A stretch of DNA of 64,000 bases from Camelus ferus. Taxonomy: Eukaryota. The notes under the pieces are model-generated. The model was not told the DNA's origin. It worked only from the letters and a program-made list of their open reading frames with translations, and did no database searches. Made by a program: the position numbers and the translations under genes. The stretch lies in NCBI RefSeq assembly GCF_009834535.1, contig NC_045697.1:9426001-9490000 (forward strand), written 5' to 3'. This document shows positions 38,259-50,873 of this stretch, one piece after another; position 1 is the first letter of the stretch, and the number at the start of each line of letters is the position of its first letter.

Positions 38259-38456
38259 TCACCAGTGGAAGGGAGCAAGTGGTGTTAGGGTCCAGGTCTG
38301 GACACGGCTCTAATTACTTCCGGTTTTCCTTATCATAAATCAGTTTCCTGGAATCACCTGAGCTGAGTAAGAGAATCTGGAAAGTGTATTCCAGCAGTTC
38401 ATCCAGAAATGAAAGGAGAATCCGAATATTAGTGTTCACTAGTATTCTCTGCCACA
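37955..38456 (-). mobile_element. MaLR solo LTR, MLT1J/K/L-type, containing a (TTTC)n expansion
   Basis: tcaaggacccagattccttccatcttgtggctccatc, ctggaaagtgtattccagc, ends tctctgccaca. Confidence 0.65.
38130..38260. repeat. (TTTC)n polypyrimidine microsatellite, ~130 nt
   Basis: Directly visible; pure run 38162-38260. Confidence 0.98.
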
Positions 38457-39353
38457 CAGTGAGAAGATTTTAGACAGACCTGGAGTCAAATACCAGTTGT
38501 GAAATAATGAGCTGCATGTCATGGGGCCAGTTGTCTACCTGTTTTGAGTTTTATTTATCTCATCTGTAAAATGATGACTATCCTACCTTTCTCAGAGGTT
38601 TGTTGGAAAAAAAAAAAGGAAGTGAATAAAATTTCAAAGAAAGTGTTCTCCTTTCTCTTTTCTTTTTTAATCTCTCTGTAAAAATGATCTTGCTAGTTTT
38701 CAAATCTGTCCAAAAGGTGTGACATTTGGTGGCATAACCGAATGTTAGTTGCTGTGGAGAGGATTCTGGCATGAAGTGGTGGATGAGCCTCATTGACCTC
38801 CAAAGTCCTTCAACTCTGTAGGAACCTCTGAAATATTCATTAAACCCACACCAGGTTAAGACACAGTCAGACTGGGCATTTATATTGGAACTAAACTCCA
38901 GTATGTGCTCAGAAACCATAGCTTTTCTCTCCTTCTGGAACTAAGTCTTCTCGGCAGAATATCGACATCTGTAAAGCTTTCTGACTTGACTTTTCATTTC
39001 TCCTCTTTGCAGAACAGTGCTTGTCTTGGCCTTTCATCACGACATTTAACTGAGAAGAATTTCAATTGTTTGCAGTCAATCCCACAGCACTTTTCCAATT
39101 TCTCTTTGTTTTCTTTGGGACTTTCAGGAAACCTCACGTGCCCTACATAATTCAGTTATGGTTCCAGAGGAGCCTGATGCTTCAAAGTCACAGAGGATTT
39201 TTTAAAAAATATTTCAACACCTGTGTATTAGAAACAGCACTGGATTAGGAATAGGAGGCCAAAGCCACATGCCTGGCCCTGCCGTTAATTAGCTGTGTGA
39301 CCTTCAGCAAGTAATTTGTGTTTCTCTCAATTGAATGAGGAGGGTGAGCTGAT

Positions 39354-39532
39354 CAGTGTTTTATAAAGCACATTTCATGGCATGCTGGGGTTTCTTAGAG
39401 ATAGTCCCAGGGCTCTGGGGGCAGCAAAGGGAAATCTTTGCCCTCATCAACTCTGCTTTTCATTGATTTTATATATTTGGAGTTCTAGTAATGTCTCATT
39501 GACAAAAAGATTTGCTATTTTTTAAAATTACT
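39354..39532. mobile_element. MER103C-like hAT-Charlie relic inside a MIR
   Basis: cagtgtttt start, caactctgcttttcattgattttatatatttggagttc, aaaattact end. Confidence 0.6.
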
Positions 39533-40072
39533 AAATTTGGGTAATCTCTAAGGGTCAATTTGATTCTAATTTCCTTAACTGTGATTTGACTAATAAAAAT
39601 TTTTGAAATATATTGTGAAATGAGGAACTGACAGAATCTTCAGTATTAGAGGAATCTGAGTTAAGTCGCTTATAGCATAAAAAGACAGTGAAGCCAGTTC
39701 AAATAGAAGCTCTACCTTTAACTGCCCTCTGATAAAATGTTTAAATTGTCTAGCTGTAAGTCAGTCATTGTAAAATGGGAAAGAAAATGCTTGCCTTGCA
39801 GGTTATGAGTATTAAAAATTAAAATAATGCTGCGTAGTGCCAAGCACAGTGATGACAATTATGTGCACAAACTGCTGGTTCCTGCTCGTACTCACACACA
39901 CAGGCTGAGTGGATCCATGGTGGCCAGCTCTCCCCTGAGCCCAGCTGTGGCTGCAGAACCTTCTCCTACCAGGCTCCAGGCAGCTACTACCAATCAGAGG
40001 GAGTCGGCACTCAGGACAAAGTGCAGGTGACACCTTGTCACAATCCTTATTTTCTGTAAGTAAAATGGGAGC

Positions 40073-40468
40073 TGCTATGGACTGAATGTTTATATTCCCC
40101 CAAAATTCATATGTTGAAGGCTTGACTCTTGGTGTGATTGTATCTGGAAATTGGACCTTTTCTGAATTAACTAAGGTTAAATAAGGTCCTAAGGATCAGT
40201 CCTGATCCTATAGGACTAGTGCCCTTATCAGAAGAGAACCAGAGAGCTCTCTCCCTCTCTCTCTCTCTTTCCCTTTCTCCCTCTCCCTGTGATGTGAGGA
40301 CACAGTAAGAAGATGGCCAACTGCAAACCAAGAAGAGGACCTTTATCAGAATAACATGACCATGCTGCCACCCCAGTTGAGACCTCCCAGCCTCCACCAC
40401 TGCGAGAAAATGAATCTCTGTTGTTTAAGCCACTCAGTCTACATCCTTTGTTAGAGCAACCTAAGATA
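40073..40468 (+). mobile_element. MaLR solo LTR, MLT1A0-like
   Basis: tgctatggactgaatgttt...ccccaaaattcatatgttgaa, tgtgaggacacagtaagaagatggcc, tgttgtttaagccactcagtcta. Confidence 0.9.
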
Positions 40469-41136
40469 GGAATGTCAGCACCTGCCTCAGGTGCTTATTA
40501 TGACAATCAAAGGGTGCATCGTTCATTTAGTCAACATCATGGGATGTCTGTTATGCATGGGACCCTGTGTAAAAAGTGCAGGATGCACAAAGACTCATGA
40601 CATGAATCCAACTTCCAAGAAAGTGACTATCTTAAAGGTGCCAACAGACTATCAATGTATGAAAGAAACTGGAAAGTGCATGCTAGCTTGCAGATACAAA
40701 CACACACCTAATTCTTCTCAAAACAAAGATGCTAGTTAGGTGCACAGTTAGATGTAAATAATCCTCAATGAAGCATTTTCGTGAGAGTGAAACTTGGAAA
40801 ATAACTCTAACGTATACTAGACTCTGAGCTCTGTGAGGTCAGACTCCAGATCCCTGTTACCATTTGTACCTTTTACCACTAACTGTCCATCACTAGCCAC
40901 AGCAACCAGCATAGGATAGGAATTTGTAAGTGTTTGTGGCATACATACATAAATCAGTGTTTAAGTTTAATATATTATATATAATATGTATAACATGATC
41001 CATGTGTATGAGGTGATAAAGGGAACATACACACTAAATCCATAGCAGATTATCTCCACTGTGCATGAACACATTTTTGCATGTAATAAAATTAAAATTT
41101 CATTGACCACAAGAGAAATACACTATAGGTAACACA

Positions 41137-41432
41137 CGCTATGGACTGAACTGTGTCCCTCCCCATATTTATGTGTTGAAGCTCTAACCCCCAATGTGAT
41201 GGTTTTTGTATGTGGGGACTTTGGGAGGTAACTAAGTGCAGATGAGGGCATGAGATTTGAGCCCTTACGAGGTTGCTGAAGGTGGCCACGCACAAGCCAG
41301 GAAGAAATCTCTCACAGGAACCAGACTGACTGGGACATTGATCTTGAACTTTCTAGCTTGAAATGTGAGAAATAATTGCTTAATCCACGTAGTCTATGGT
41401 AATTTGTTATGGCAGCCCTAGAAGACTATACA
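41137..41432 (+). mobile_element. MaLR solo LTR, MLT1A-like with internal deletion
   Basis: gctatggactgaactgtgtccc, gttgaagctctaacccccaatgtgatgg, agtctatggtaatttgttatggcagccc...gactataca. Confidence 0.85.
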
Positions 41433-41943
41433 GAACCCAGGCAGAATGGTTTTCAGTAGACGGATTTAGAGGCCCACACGCCCTTTGGATGAGTGTCAGA
41501 GTGGGGCTTAGTGAAAGTGAGACGTGTCGAGATTAGAGGGAGGACACCACAAATGGTCTCATTTTCTGTGTTTACCACCAAAGCAGGTGAATTCCAGGAG
41601 CCTCCTCCGAAGCTAGCACCGACTTCGTAACTGCTCTCTGCCCACACCACTCTCACCACTGCTGTTTGATTCATCTTGAACACAGAAATCCTATTTTATT
41701 CATCCCCTACACACAGCACTTAGTACAATGTCCAGCGCATAGAAAATATCTCATAAATATTTGCTGAATAAATGATCTCTCCTTTCGTTCACACAACTGA
41801 TTAGTAACATGGATGGTATCAATTCCAATGATGAAAGCTAGTAAGGATCCTAAAGTCAACAATATTGCTATAGGATAGAACATTATACAATGATTTTCAA
41901 ATTTCAGTGACAAGAGAATGTTCACGATAAAAAATATTACCTG

Positions 41944-41945
<2 letters not shown>

Positions 41946-41987
<42 letters not shown>
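41946..41987. repeat. (CA)21 microsatellite
   Basis: Perfect CA run. Confidence 0.98.
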
Positions 41988-41994
<7 letters not shown>

Positions 41995-42565
41995 ATCACC
42001 GGCTGTTTCTGAGTCATAGAATTAACTTCTTTTTTCTTTCTTTTTCCCTATTCTTTTAGATTTTTATATTGAAAAATTATCTTCCAACATTTTTATATTA
42101 AACTTGCATTATTTTATGGTAAAGAATGTTACTAAAAATTGATCATTATAGAAAGGCTTTACCGTCTTAGTCACGAACACTCCAGCGTGGATGAGGACAT
42201 TAAACCAGTGATCAGAAACCCTTGGGAGCAGGAGAAAAGCAGGTCTTCTAGAGGTCAAAGAAGTGGCAGTCACCCTTTTATGACGTTTCTGAAGAATGTT
42301 CCTCTCCTTACTCATCACTCTTCAGAATTCAATTCACCACTTGCTGAATCTCAGGATTTCAGTCTCAGCTCAGAGCAAAGGTCTCCACCCCCAGAGAGAG
42401 CTCCCTGCTCCATGCTAGAGTGAGGCTTCAGTTATGAATTCCCTGGCTAGCAGGATGCTGTGTCCCCCATGGCCATTTGAGGGGAACCTGGGAACTCTTA
42501 AACACTGGGACTCGAAAGTATGTGATGCTCTAAGCTTTGACTGTGTTGCTATGTTCAGCATAGAA

Positions 42566-42745
42566 CAGGGGTTCTCACCTCAGCCCTACTGACATTGAGC
42601 TGAATGACTGTTTTGGGGTGATATCCTGTGCATTGTAGAATGTTCTGTAGCATCCCTGAACCCTACCTGCCAGATGCCAGTAGCATTTCCACCCCTAAGC
42701 CATAGCAAACAAAAACATCTCTAGACACTGCTAAATGTTTCCTGA
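42566..42745 (-). mobile_element. MER20 (one end truncated)
   Basis: caggggttctcacctcagccctactgacatt...cctgtgcattgtagaatgtt...agatgccagtagca...ctagacactgctaaatgt is the reverse complement of the element at 11599. Confidence 0.85.
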
Positions 42746-43042
42746 AAGCAATTGTAAAAGCTTTATTCTAAGTGTAGTTGAAGCTATCAGAGGGTTTTAA
42801 GCAGAGGAGAGAAATGACCTAATCTTTCAATCTTATGGACCAAGGACAATGGGGGAGAGGGGGCAAAGTCAGGAGCAGGAAGAGCGGTGAGGGGGCTATT
42901 CCAATGGTCCAGATGAGACACGATGGTGGCTCAGAATAGGGTGGAATATGATTAGAAGGTAGAGCCATTAGGACATTCTAAGAGATTGGATTTGTGATGT
43001 GAGGGAGAGACACAGGATGATTCCACTTTTATGGGGCAAGAT

Positions 43043-43250
43043 ATAGCATTGTAGTTAAAAGCCAGAGCTCCACAGGCAGACTGCCCCACTGTGTAAGTTA
43101 TCTGTTATCCTGGAGTGAGTTATCTATAAACTGGATGATGAAAATACGTATCTACCTCATAGGGCTATTGTGAGAATCACGTGAGTTAATACATGGAGAG
43201 ATCGTAAAGGAATGGCTGGTACACGGTAACAGCTCAATAAATGTCCGTTA
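43043..43250 (+). mobile_element. MIR SINE
   Basis: tatagcattgtagttaaaagccagagctcc...tatctacctcatagggctattgtgagaatcacgtgagttaatacatg...gctcaataaatg. Confidence 0.8.
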
Positions 43251-43597
43251 TGGGAAACCTGGAGAAGAGCGTGTTTAGAGGAACAAAAATGATGGGGTCC
43301 TTAAACCACACTCATTTTTTTCCAATAATGCAGAGAGCTTTATTTAAGAATCCTGTGTTTGTCATCTCAGTTTCTTATACCTTACCAGCTGTAGAAGCAG
43401 AGGCTGCTTCCTCTGCATCTAGGAGATAAACTCAGCTTCTCATCTGTGTTTTCTATTAAAAATCAATGTGTTTCTAAATCCAGCTAAACTCCTTGGTATA
43501 GACACATGCATGTATGCATTCGCACGCACACACGCACACACACAGAAGGGAGAGAGGTAATATGTATATACAGTGAAATTCCTAAATCATCCAAAGG

Positions 43598-44127
43598 GTC
43601 TTAGTTTCCTACTGCTGCATGACAACTTACCACAAGGTTAATGGTTTAAAACAGGACCCACTTTTTATCTTACAGTTGGTCAGACATCTGGTTGGGGTCA
43701 ACTTGGTTCTCTATTTAGGGTCTCACAAGGCAAAAATCAAAATGTCAACCAGCCAGGTTCTTATTTGGAGGCTCTGGGGAAGAAGCCACATCCATTAGCA
43801 GAATGCAGTCCCTGCAGTTGTGGATCTGAGCTCTTGATACATTTTCTGTCAGTCAGCTCCCAAATTCAAGAGGCCCCCTGTACTCCATGATGCATGGCCC
43901 TCTTCATCTTCAAGCCAGCCAAAGTGTCTTGACTCTTCCTCATGCTTCAGAGCTCTCTGGTTTGCATTCTCTAACCAACTGGAGAAAACTCTCTGCTTTG
44001 AAAGGGTTCGTGTGATTATATTAAGTCCACCTAAATAATCTCTTCTTTTGCTTATATTGTGAGAAAATCATGGGAGAACCACCAAAGGCAAAGTTCCTAG
44101 GGTCTTCTGGGAATTCTGTCTACCACA
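43598..44127 (-). mobile_element. MaLR solo LTR, MLT1E-type, inserted in an old L1 3' end
   Basis: gtcttagtttcctactgctg start, agggtctcacaagg, ggaggctctggggaagaa, agaaaactctctgctttgaaaggg, gaattctgtctaccaca end. Confidence 0.85.
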
Positions 44128-44960
44128 CTAAGTGTACAGTTGATGAGTTTTGCCCATGTTTATATTCATGTTACATCATCCCAATCAGGATTCAGGTCAC
44201 TTTTTTTTATCAGAAACTTCTCTTGTGCCCATTCCACTCAATCTCCAAGTTTGGGGGGCAAACATAGTTCTAACTATCACCATAGATTAGTCTTGCCTTC
44301 ATACAAATGGAATCATAGAGTATGTGTTCTTTTGTGTTGGATTCTTTCTCTCAACATAATATTTTTGAGATTCATCCAAGATATATGCATCGCTTGTTTC
44401 ATTTTATTAAGTAATAATATTCCTTTGTGTGACTATACGACAGTTTGTTTATTAATTGAAGAGTTGATAGACATTTTAATTGTGGCTATTATGAATAAAG
44501 CTGCTATAAACATTCTTAAAACATGCTTATGTGTGGTGATAACTTTTCATTTCTTTTGTGTAAATAACTAGGTGTGGACATTTCTGGGTCCTTAGGTAGA
44601 TACATATTCAACTGCCAAATAGGGTTCCAAATTGGTTGCAGAATTTTACACACACTCCCACCTCCTGGTAACGCATGAGAAGTCCAGCTGGTATACATCC
44701 TTACCTACATTTTTTATCCATCTTTTTAATTTGAGTTATTCTAGAGTACTGGTATCTCTTTGTGGGCATAATTAATATTTCCTGATGGCTCACAATACTA
44801 AGAACACTTTTATGTGTTCATTGGCCATTTATATACATTCTTTTCTGAAAGGTCTGTCCAAGTTGCTTGACCAATTTTTAATTGGGAAATTGATCTCGTT
44901 ACTGATTTGTAAAAGTTTGTTATGTATTCTGCATAAAATTCTTCATCAGATATCACATAT
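44128..44960 (-). mobile_element. Old L1 (L1ME-type) 3' UTR/ORF2 end
   Basis: aagtgtacagttgatgagtttt, aaatggaatcatagagtatg, ggctattatgaataaagctgctataaacatt, ttggccatttatatac; a short piece continues left of the LTR at 43560-43597. Confidence 0.85.
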
Positions 44961-45629
44961 ATATATTCACTTTAATATATAATATATGCGTATATATAAT
45001 TGGATACATACAAATGAGCATTCAAGAAAAGAAGAGGTATAAAGAAAGAAAAAGTAGATAAAGGAAAAAAGTTCTGAAAAATGTTTAAACCTTAGACTCA
45101 TTGATTTACATATTTGTCTCTTTCCAGTCCCACAAATACAAAAGAAAACTTACCTTGACTGAGCAAAGGACTGTGATATGTGCTGTGGAATAGTGCATCT
45201 CATCCCATAAGAGCGAAAGCTTCTTGGGAGCAGGCATCATATGCTTATATTATCCATCTTACTATCTCTCAATTTGTTACAGTATCTGGCATGTTGAAGA
45301 CAATAAAACATATTTGTTGAGAGAATGAGATAATAAGTTAATTGACTAATTATCTCTTTTAATTATCACAATGGAGACAATCAATCATTGAGCTTTGGGG
45401 AAAGAGAGAAAACCACTGCAAATAAAAGCAACATGTATATTAGATATTGACCGTGTTTGGTTTCACACAAGTAAGGGACGGGCACAGTACAGAAGCAAGA
45501 TAAACAGGATGAAATACACGTCCCCAGTTCCTAGATGTCCATAAATCTCTTTTAGCCAAAGGCTAAGAATCAAGCCATGCAGTAATGTTTCTGGATGAAA
45601 TCAATTTCTCTCACATGTATCATGACTTT

Positions 45630-46210
45630 TCCTCTCTTGCCTGGATCAATCCTATCAGCATTCACCCATTTTTTTTTTCCTCCTTTCACAGCGCTCCCTT
45701 GATTCTACATTCTTCTCTAGCATTCTCAGGAAAAAAAAATATATTTTTTGAAAAAGTTGTTGACACTTGCTTTCGGTTCATCCCAGTCTCCCATTTACCC
45801 CTCCCACCTTTCCTCTCTGATTTCTGCTGACCACCTTGCCATGTTAAAGCAAGTATTATTAAAGTCTCCAGAATGCAAACTCAGTGGGCAGTTCTATGTC
45901 TTACTTGGGAGTCTATGCAGCACTCAGCAGGATCGAGAGTCTGTATAAAAGAGAAATTTATGTGGGGGCTTGGAACCACATGGCAGGGATTGGAATCTCA
46001 AGTCTACTGCTTATTCAGACATCCTCCTCAAACCATCATGACATCTTGGCACTTCCTCGAAAGTGTTAGTTCCTTCCATTTGGAGGCTTTGCACTTGTTC
46101 TTTCTGCTCAGAATGCTCTTTTCCCAGCCCCTCCCTGTCCTTCAGGTCTCAGCTCAGATTATCCATCTTCAGGGAGGGCTTCCCTTTTCACCCTTGTACT
46201 CAAATGTCAT
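45630..46210 (+). mobile_element. L2 LINE fragment
   Basis: gacacttgctttcgg, ggctttgcacttgttctttctgctcagaatgctcttttccc, ccttcaggtctcagctcagatt. Confidence 0.6.
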
Positions 46211-47019
46211 TCCCCCTGTCGTCGCTGTAAGTAACCTTGAAGTGAGACTCATGGGTATCCTGGCTCTGATGCAGACTGACTCCATGACCTTGGTCAATTT
46301 CATGCCCTCTTGTACTGCAGTTTCCTATTTCAACAGATTGCTGTGAGCATCCAATGAGGTAAAATAAGGTACTTACTATCATGCTTGGCGCATAATGAAC
46401 TATTGTTTTAAGAAATATTCACATTCACTTTTGTCTTCCCAGATATGCCTAAAAGATTTGGTGCAATTCAGGTTGCTCCACTTTCCTCATTCAGGTAAAA
46501 AAAATATATATATATATTTATATATGTATGCCAACTTATTGAAACAGACTCACCATATCTATCGGGAAAATAAAATTATCCTTTTCTAAGACGGTCACAC
46601 TAGAAGCAGTACAGTAGCGAATAGGTCTCCAAAGAAATGGGAATGAGCTTTCCCTGTGTCTTTTAATAGAAGTGTTATTTAACTTTTATGGGAGTGCCAC
46701 AGAGAAGAGACCAGTTTCTGCTCGGTGAGCTTACAAACAAAATAAAATAAACAGACAAGGGAGGCAGTGGGCCATTTGATGAGCCTCCCCAGAAGACACA
46801 CAGCAGTTGGAAAATCAAAATTAACTGGCTGTGTTTATTCACTTTTAACTTCTGCCTGGGTTGAGCTTCCAACTCTGCCTGAGCACATGTTCTTTTTCTC
46901 CGTTTATTATGGATTTTTTCCCAAAGAAACATCAGGCCCAAACTCCCTTTTTGCTCACTCTCTCTCTTCTGCTTATTCCCTTTGAGGTTGTGACCCAAAC
47001 AAGGCAGGAGTACAAGCAA

Positions 47020-47245
47020 GGCAGTGTGGCATGGTGGCTCAGAGAAGGTCGTAATCGGAGCCTTATAGGTCACCACTTGACCACTGCCTGACCCAGAGGG
47101 ACTGGATTAATATTTTAAGTTTCATTTTTAAATTGAGGGGGAAAATGTCACCTGCTTCATAGAATTGTGGAAAGGGTTAAATAAGATGAGTCATGTAAAG
47201 CCCCTGAATGATGCCTGGTCTGGAATGAGCAATGGTTTAGTATTA
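47020..47245 (+). mobile_element. MIR SINE
   Basis: ggcagtgtggcatggtggctcagaga...cacctgcttcatagaattgtggaaagggttaaataagatgagtcatgtaaagcccc. Confidence 0.65.
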
Positions 47246-49329
47246 GATTGCTTCCCACCCCCCAGGATCATTATTATTACCATCACGATCACCATTACCA
47301 TTACCATTATTAGGACTTGCACCCAGGTGGGCTCTTGTCCTGGCCCAGACTTGTCACTTAGCTTTCCAGCCTCCAACTTTTCCTGACACTTGAAGGTCGA
47401 TCTACATGGAAGACATACAAGGAGAGACAGGACAGCTCTTCTCAGGGGTGTTAGAGAATGGAGGTTGGACCACATATGTTTAAAGGCTTCCTCCATCTCT
47501 TCAATTTAATGATAATACAAAGTGAAACAACAGTGACAAATGCATGGATCATTTATAAATCTGGGTCACATCTTGGCTTCTTCCTCTATGTAAATTCTGA
47601 ACTCCCCCTAATGAGCCAAATAACTGTAGGCTACTGAAAAAGCCTGATGTTTTCTCATCATTAAAAGGAAAAGGGAAGGCTGGCTAGATCATCTTTAAAT
47701 TTCATTAGGCCTCCAAACAGCCATGATCCTTATTTTTAGCTGCAGGCAAACAAACGAATACAACAAGAACAAAACAATGTGTTGGTATAGACTTCTTTTG
47801 GCTTTTTACTAACTCAGCTCCCAAAGTGTGAACTATATTTTATTTTTTTGCATTCATTTTCCTCTAATTACTCCCTTCCTGGTGGAAGTCCCTGCATTGC
47901 TTCACCTTCTCAGAATGAATGGAGCTGAGCCTCTTTGCAGTTCTTCTGTACCAACCCAAATACCCCTATGAGGGATTGGGGTCCTTGAGCGATAACTGTT
48001 GCTCCTGGACAGAGCTGGCAAGACTCTTAGCTCATATCAGAAATGAGGACCGACCATCATTATTGAATGAGTTCTCTAGGCAGAGCCTCGTTTGAAAAAT
48101 CCCTCTCCAACTGATTGAACTCTTTCCTGATTAACGTTGGATAAATATGGAGACTATTACTTAGATTCTGCACTCTGGGAAGCAAACGTGGTAATTATAC
48201 CTGTCAATCTGCAGAACCCCCTGGTCTCGACTGGAGTGAAATGCTGCCATTTCAATCTAATCTGCAAGAGGCGAATGGAGAGGGGATGATAAGTATGGAG
48301 AATGCTGAAAGCACCCCAGCTGTCAGTATCCACGTGGGAGGCAGCTGAGGGATGGATGTCATCACATTAGCAATCTCTGCAATAAAAGGCCAGTCTAGCT
48401 GCTTTGTGCCTTGAGAAGGAGCAGCAGTTGAAAGCATTAAAATTAGTGCCATTTTACTGAAGATCATGATTATTTAAAATGTCACTTGCTTTCCCCAACA
48501 CTATCATTTATGATGGAACATAAGGAAGAATATCAACCCAGTGAGAGACTGAGCCTAGAGTGGAGGGGGATGTACCGTTTCAGACAGCACCGAGGAGTCA
48601 CAAACGTAGAGGTGTGTTTGGACATGTGCATGTGAACACTGAGGCATTCCCAATGTCACTCTGAATTTTCCTCTCCTGATTGGGAGAGCTAGCCATCCGT
48701 CCAAAACTCAGGCTGAGAAAGTCACTGGGAGACTTTCCCTAAGTGGAAAGGAAGGAGATGCTCAGTAAGACAGTGAAACACCAATAGCATCCCCAAAGAG
48801 GGAGTCCCAAAGTAACAGCAGGAGCCTATGTAACGATGATAATGGTGGTAATGAAAGCTACCATTTACAGACTGTCAAGTTTGGAACTCTTTTAGTTATG
48901 CTGATCCAATGAACACTTACAACAGCCTTGTGAATTAGAAAATACTTTAATCCAATTTTACAGATGAATAATACAAAGCACCAGGCAGTGAACTCGCTAT
49001 CCCAAGGTCAAGTGATGGTGGGAATTTTGGGAACTGGATTCAAAGCTTATACTCTAATTTCTAAGTTGGATGCTTCTTAAAGTTATGAATTTGATAAACA
49101 CAGGGGCAATTGTAGAGTAGCAGGTGGCTCATAAACAGGGCATGGTTCGGGGCAAATTACTGCAAAAATACCTGGAAGTAACGTAGGGTGAAGTTGGGGC
49201 TGCAGCATGTAAAAAGCTAGCAATGTCAAACCCCAGCAGGGAGCCAGGGCAAAATGTGCAGGTGTCACTGAGGAGCCAGTCTAGAGTCTGTGTGTGAGCA
49301 TAAAGTCCTAGGATGAATATATTTACCAA

Positions 49330-49946
49330 AACATCTTCCTTTTTTCCTCCATTTTTCTGACATCCTAAGCCCCTTCCTGCCATAGTGGTTTGCACATGCT
49401 TTTGTCTCCTCCTGAAATGCTTTTCCCTGGAGAAGCTAATCCTTCCCCCAAATTAAGTAGCATCATATTCGCCTAGTACCCCCCTTCCCCATTACAGCAC
49501 TCAATACCATGCAGAAGTATTTAATTTCTATTTACTTGAGTTTTTTTAAAAAAATCTCTTCCATTAAAATGTAACTTCTCTGAGGGCACAGTCCTTGTCA
49601 AAATTCTAGATTATGGCATGTAGAAACACTGATAATAGCTTTTGTTCATACTTACTATGCAGCAGATTCTGTTTTAAATGTTTGTATGCATTATGTTTAT
49701 TATGTTTTACATCCTCACAATAGAATAGGTATTCTATTATTCTTTTTTTACAGGTGAGGAAACTGAGTCACAGAGAATGGAAATCCCATTGATTTAAGTG
49801 TTGGGGGTGATATCTGAACACAGGCAGTTGGGCTCCAAAGTTTACTCTATTCACTGCATTTAAGAAACAGTCCCTTCTACAAGCCCTCAGATAGGATTTA
49901 TTAAATGATTGGATGAATGAATGAATGAATGAATGAATGAATGAAT
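49330..49946 (+). mobile_element. L2 3' end with (GAAT)n tail, interrupted by a minus-strand MIR (~49630-49860)
   Basis: ccattaaaatgtaacttctctgagggcacag; MIR core ttttacaggtgaggaaactgagtcacagaga; terminal (tgaa)n 49914-49946. Confidence 0.7.
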
Positions 49947-50387
49947 AGGTTGAAGATAAGCCAGGATATTATCTTCTGAGGTCTAGTAGCTGAGACAGAA
50001 ACAAGCTTGGGGAAAGAAAGATCTGAAAAATTCTAAGGGTGGGAACTGTTCATAAAGAAGGGAGGCAGATTCTGCGCCTTAGGCTGATGGGTCTGGGGTT
50101 GACAGAATCTGAGGGCAAACGGGACCAAGGTCTCAAGGGCCACAGCTCAGACAGAACACAAGATGATTTCAGTGTAGCTGTTTTTAATTTTTTTAAATTA
50201 TTTTTCTTTCTTTAATACTTTGCACTTTCTACATGTTTTTCAGCCTCAATTCTTAAGGAACCAAGGGAGACCTCACACATGCCAGATGCCTGAGTGTGAA
50301 TATTTTCATCAAATTAAGCAGAGCTGTGATCATGTTGATTAACCCATCCATTAATCAAATCAATCACTCAAAAAAAAAAAAAGCTAT

Positions 50388-50873
50388 CTGTATCTGATCC
50401 TTTATGAGACAGAAGACCAAGGCAGGATTAAATGTACGATAGATTTATTGGTCAAATAAATCCCTTCAAAGAAACCCCTGAAGGACAAAGGGAGGTATGA
50501 ACAGGAGAAAGTGGAAAGAGCCTTCAGACTATGATGTAGGCCTTGCACCTCTGAAAGGAAAGACGGAAGGAAGAAGGATGGGGGTGCAAAGAACCTTAGA
50601 CTGCACTACCGAAACTCGGAGAACAACCCAATCAGGTCAATGGGAATTTATGAGAAAAGGTTGCTCATTTGAAGAGTACAGCATTGAGAGAAATAGCCCT
50701 TCCCTAGAAATTCCATTATGTTCAGTCATTGGCTAGGAATCATGACCTCAGTTGAGTGATATTATAGTAGATTCAAAGATAAGGTGTGGCAGCTGGAGGC
50801 TGTCAATCACTGAACTTTTTACAATAGTTTCTCTTGAAGGGAGATCTGAATGGTGCAACTCCACAGCCCCTAC
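50388..50873 (-). mobile_element. ERVL solo LTR, LTR16B/D-like
   Basis: agatttattgg (minus-strand polyA signal), agagccttcagactatgatgtagg, tcagtcattggctagga, cagctggaggctgtca, tgaagggagatctgaatggtgca. Confidence 0.7.

Noticed and set aside
37960..38338. KERK-repeat and SFFL-repeat ORFs
   Set aside because: Translations of the (TTTC)n microsatellite.
40073..41432. Two same-orientation MLT1A-type LTRs as a proviral pair
   Set aside because: The intervening sequence looks like MIR, L2 and old L1 rather than MaLR internal sequence, and the LTRs differ substantially.
44140..46346. Longest ORFs (143 aa and 157 aa)
   Set aside because: They lie in antisense old L1 and in L2/MIR sequence, show no recognisable domain and lack splice support.
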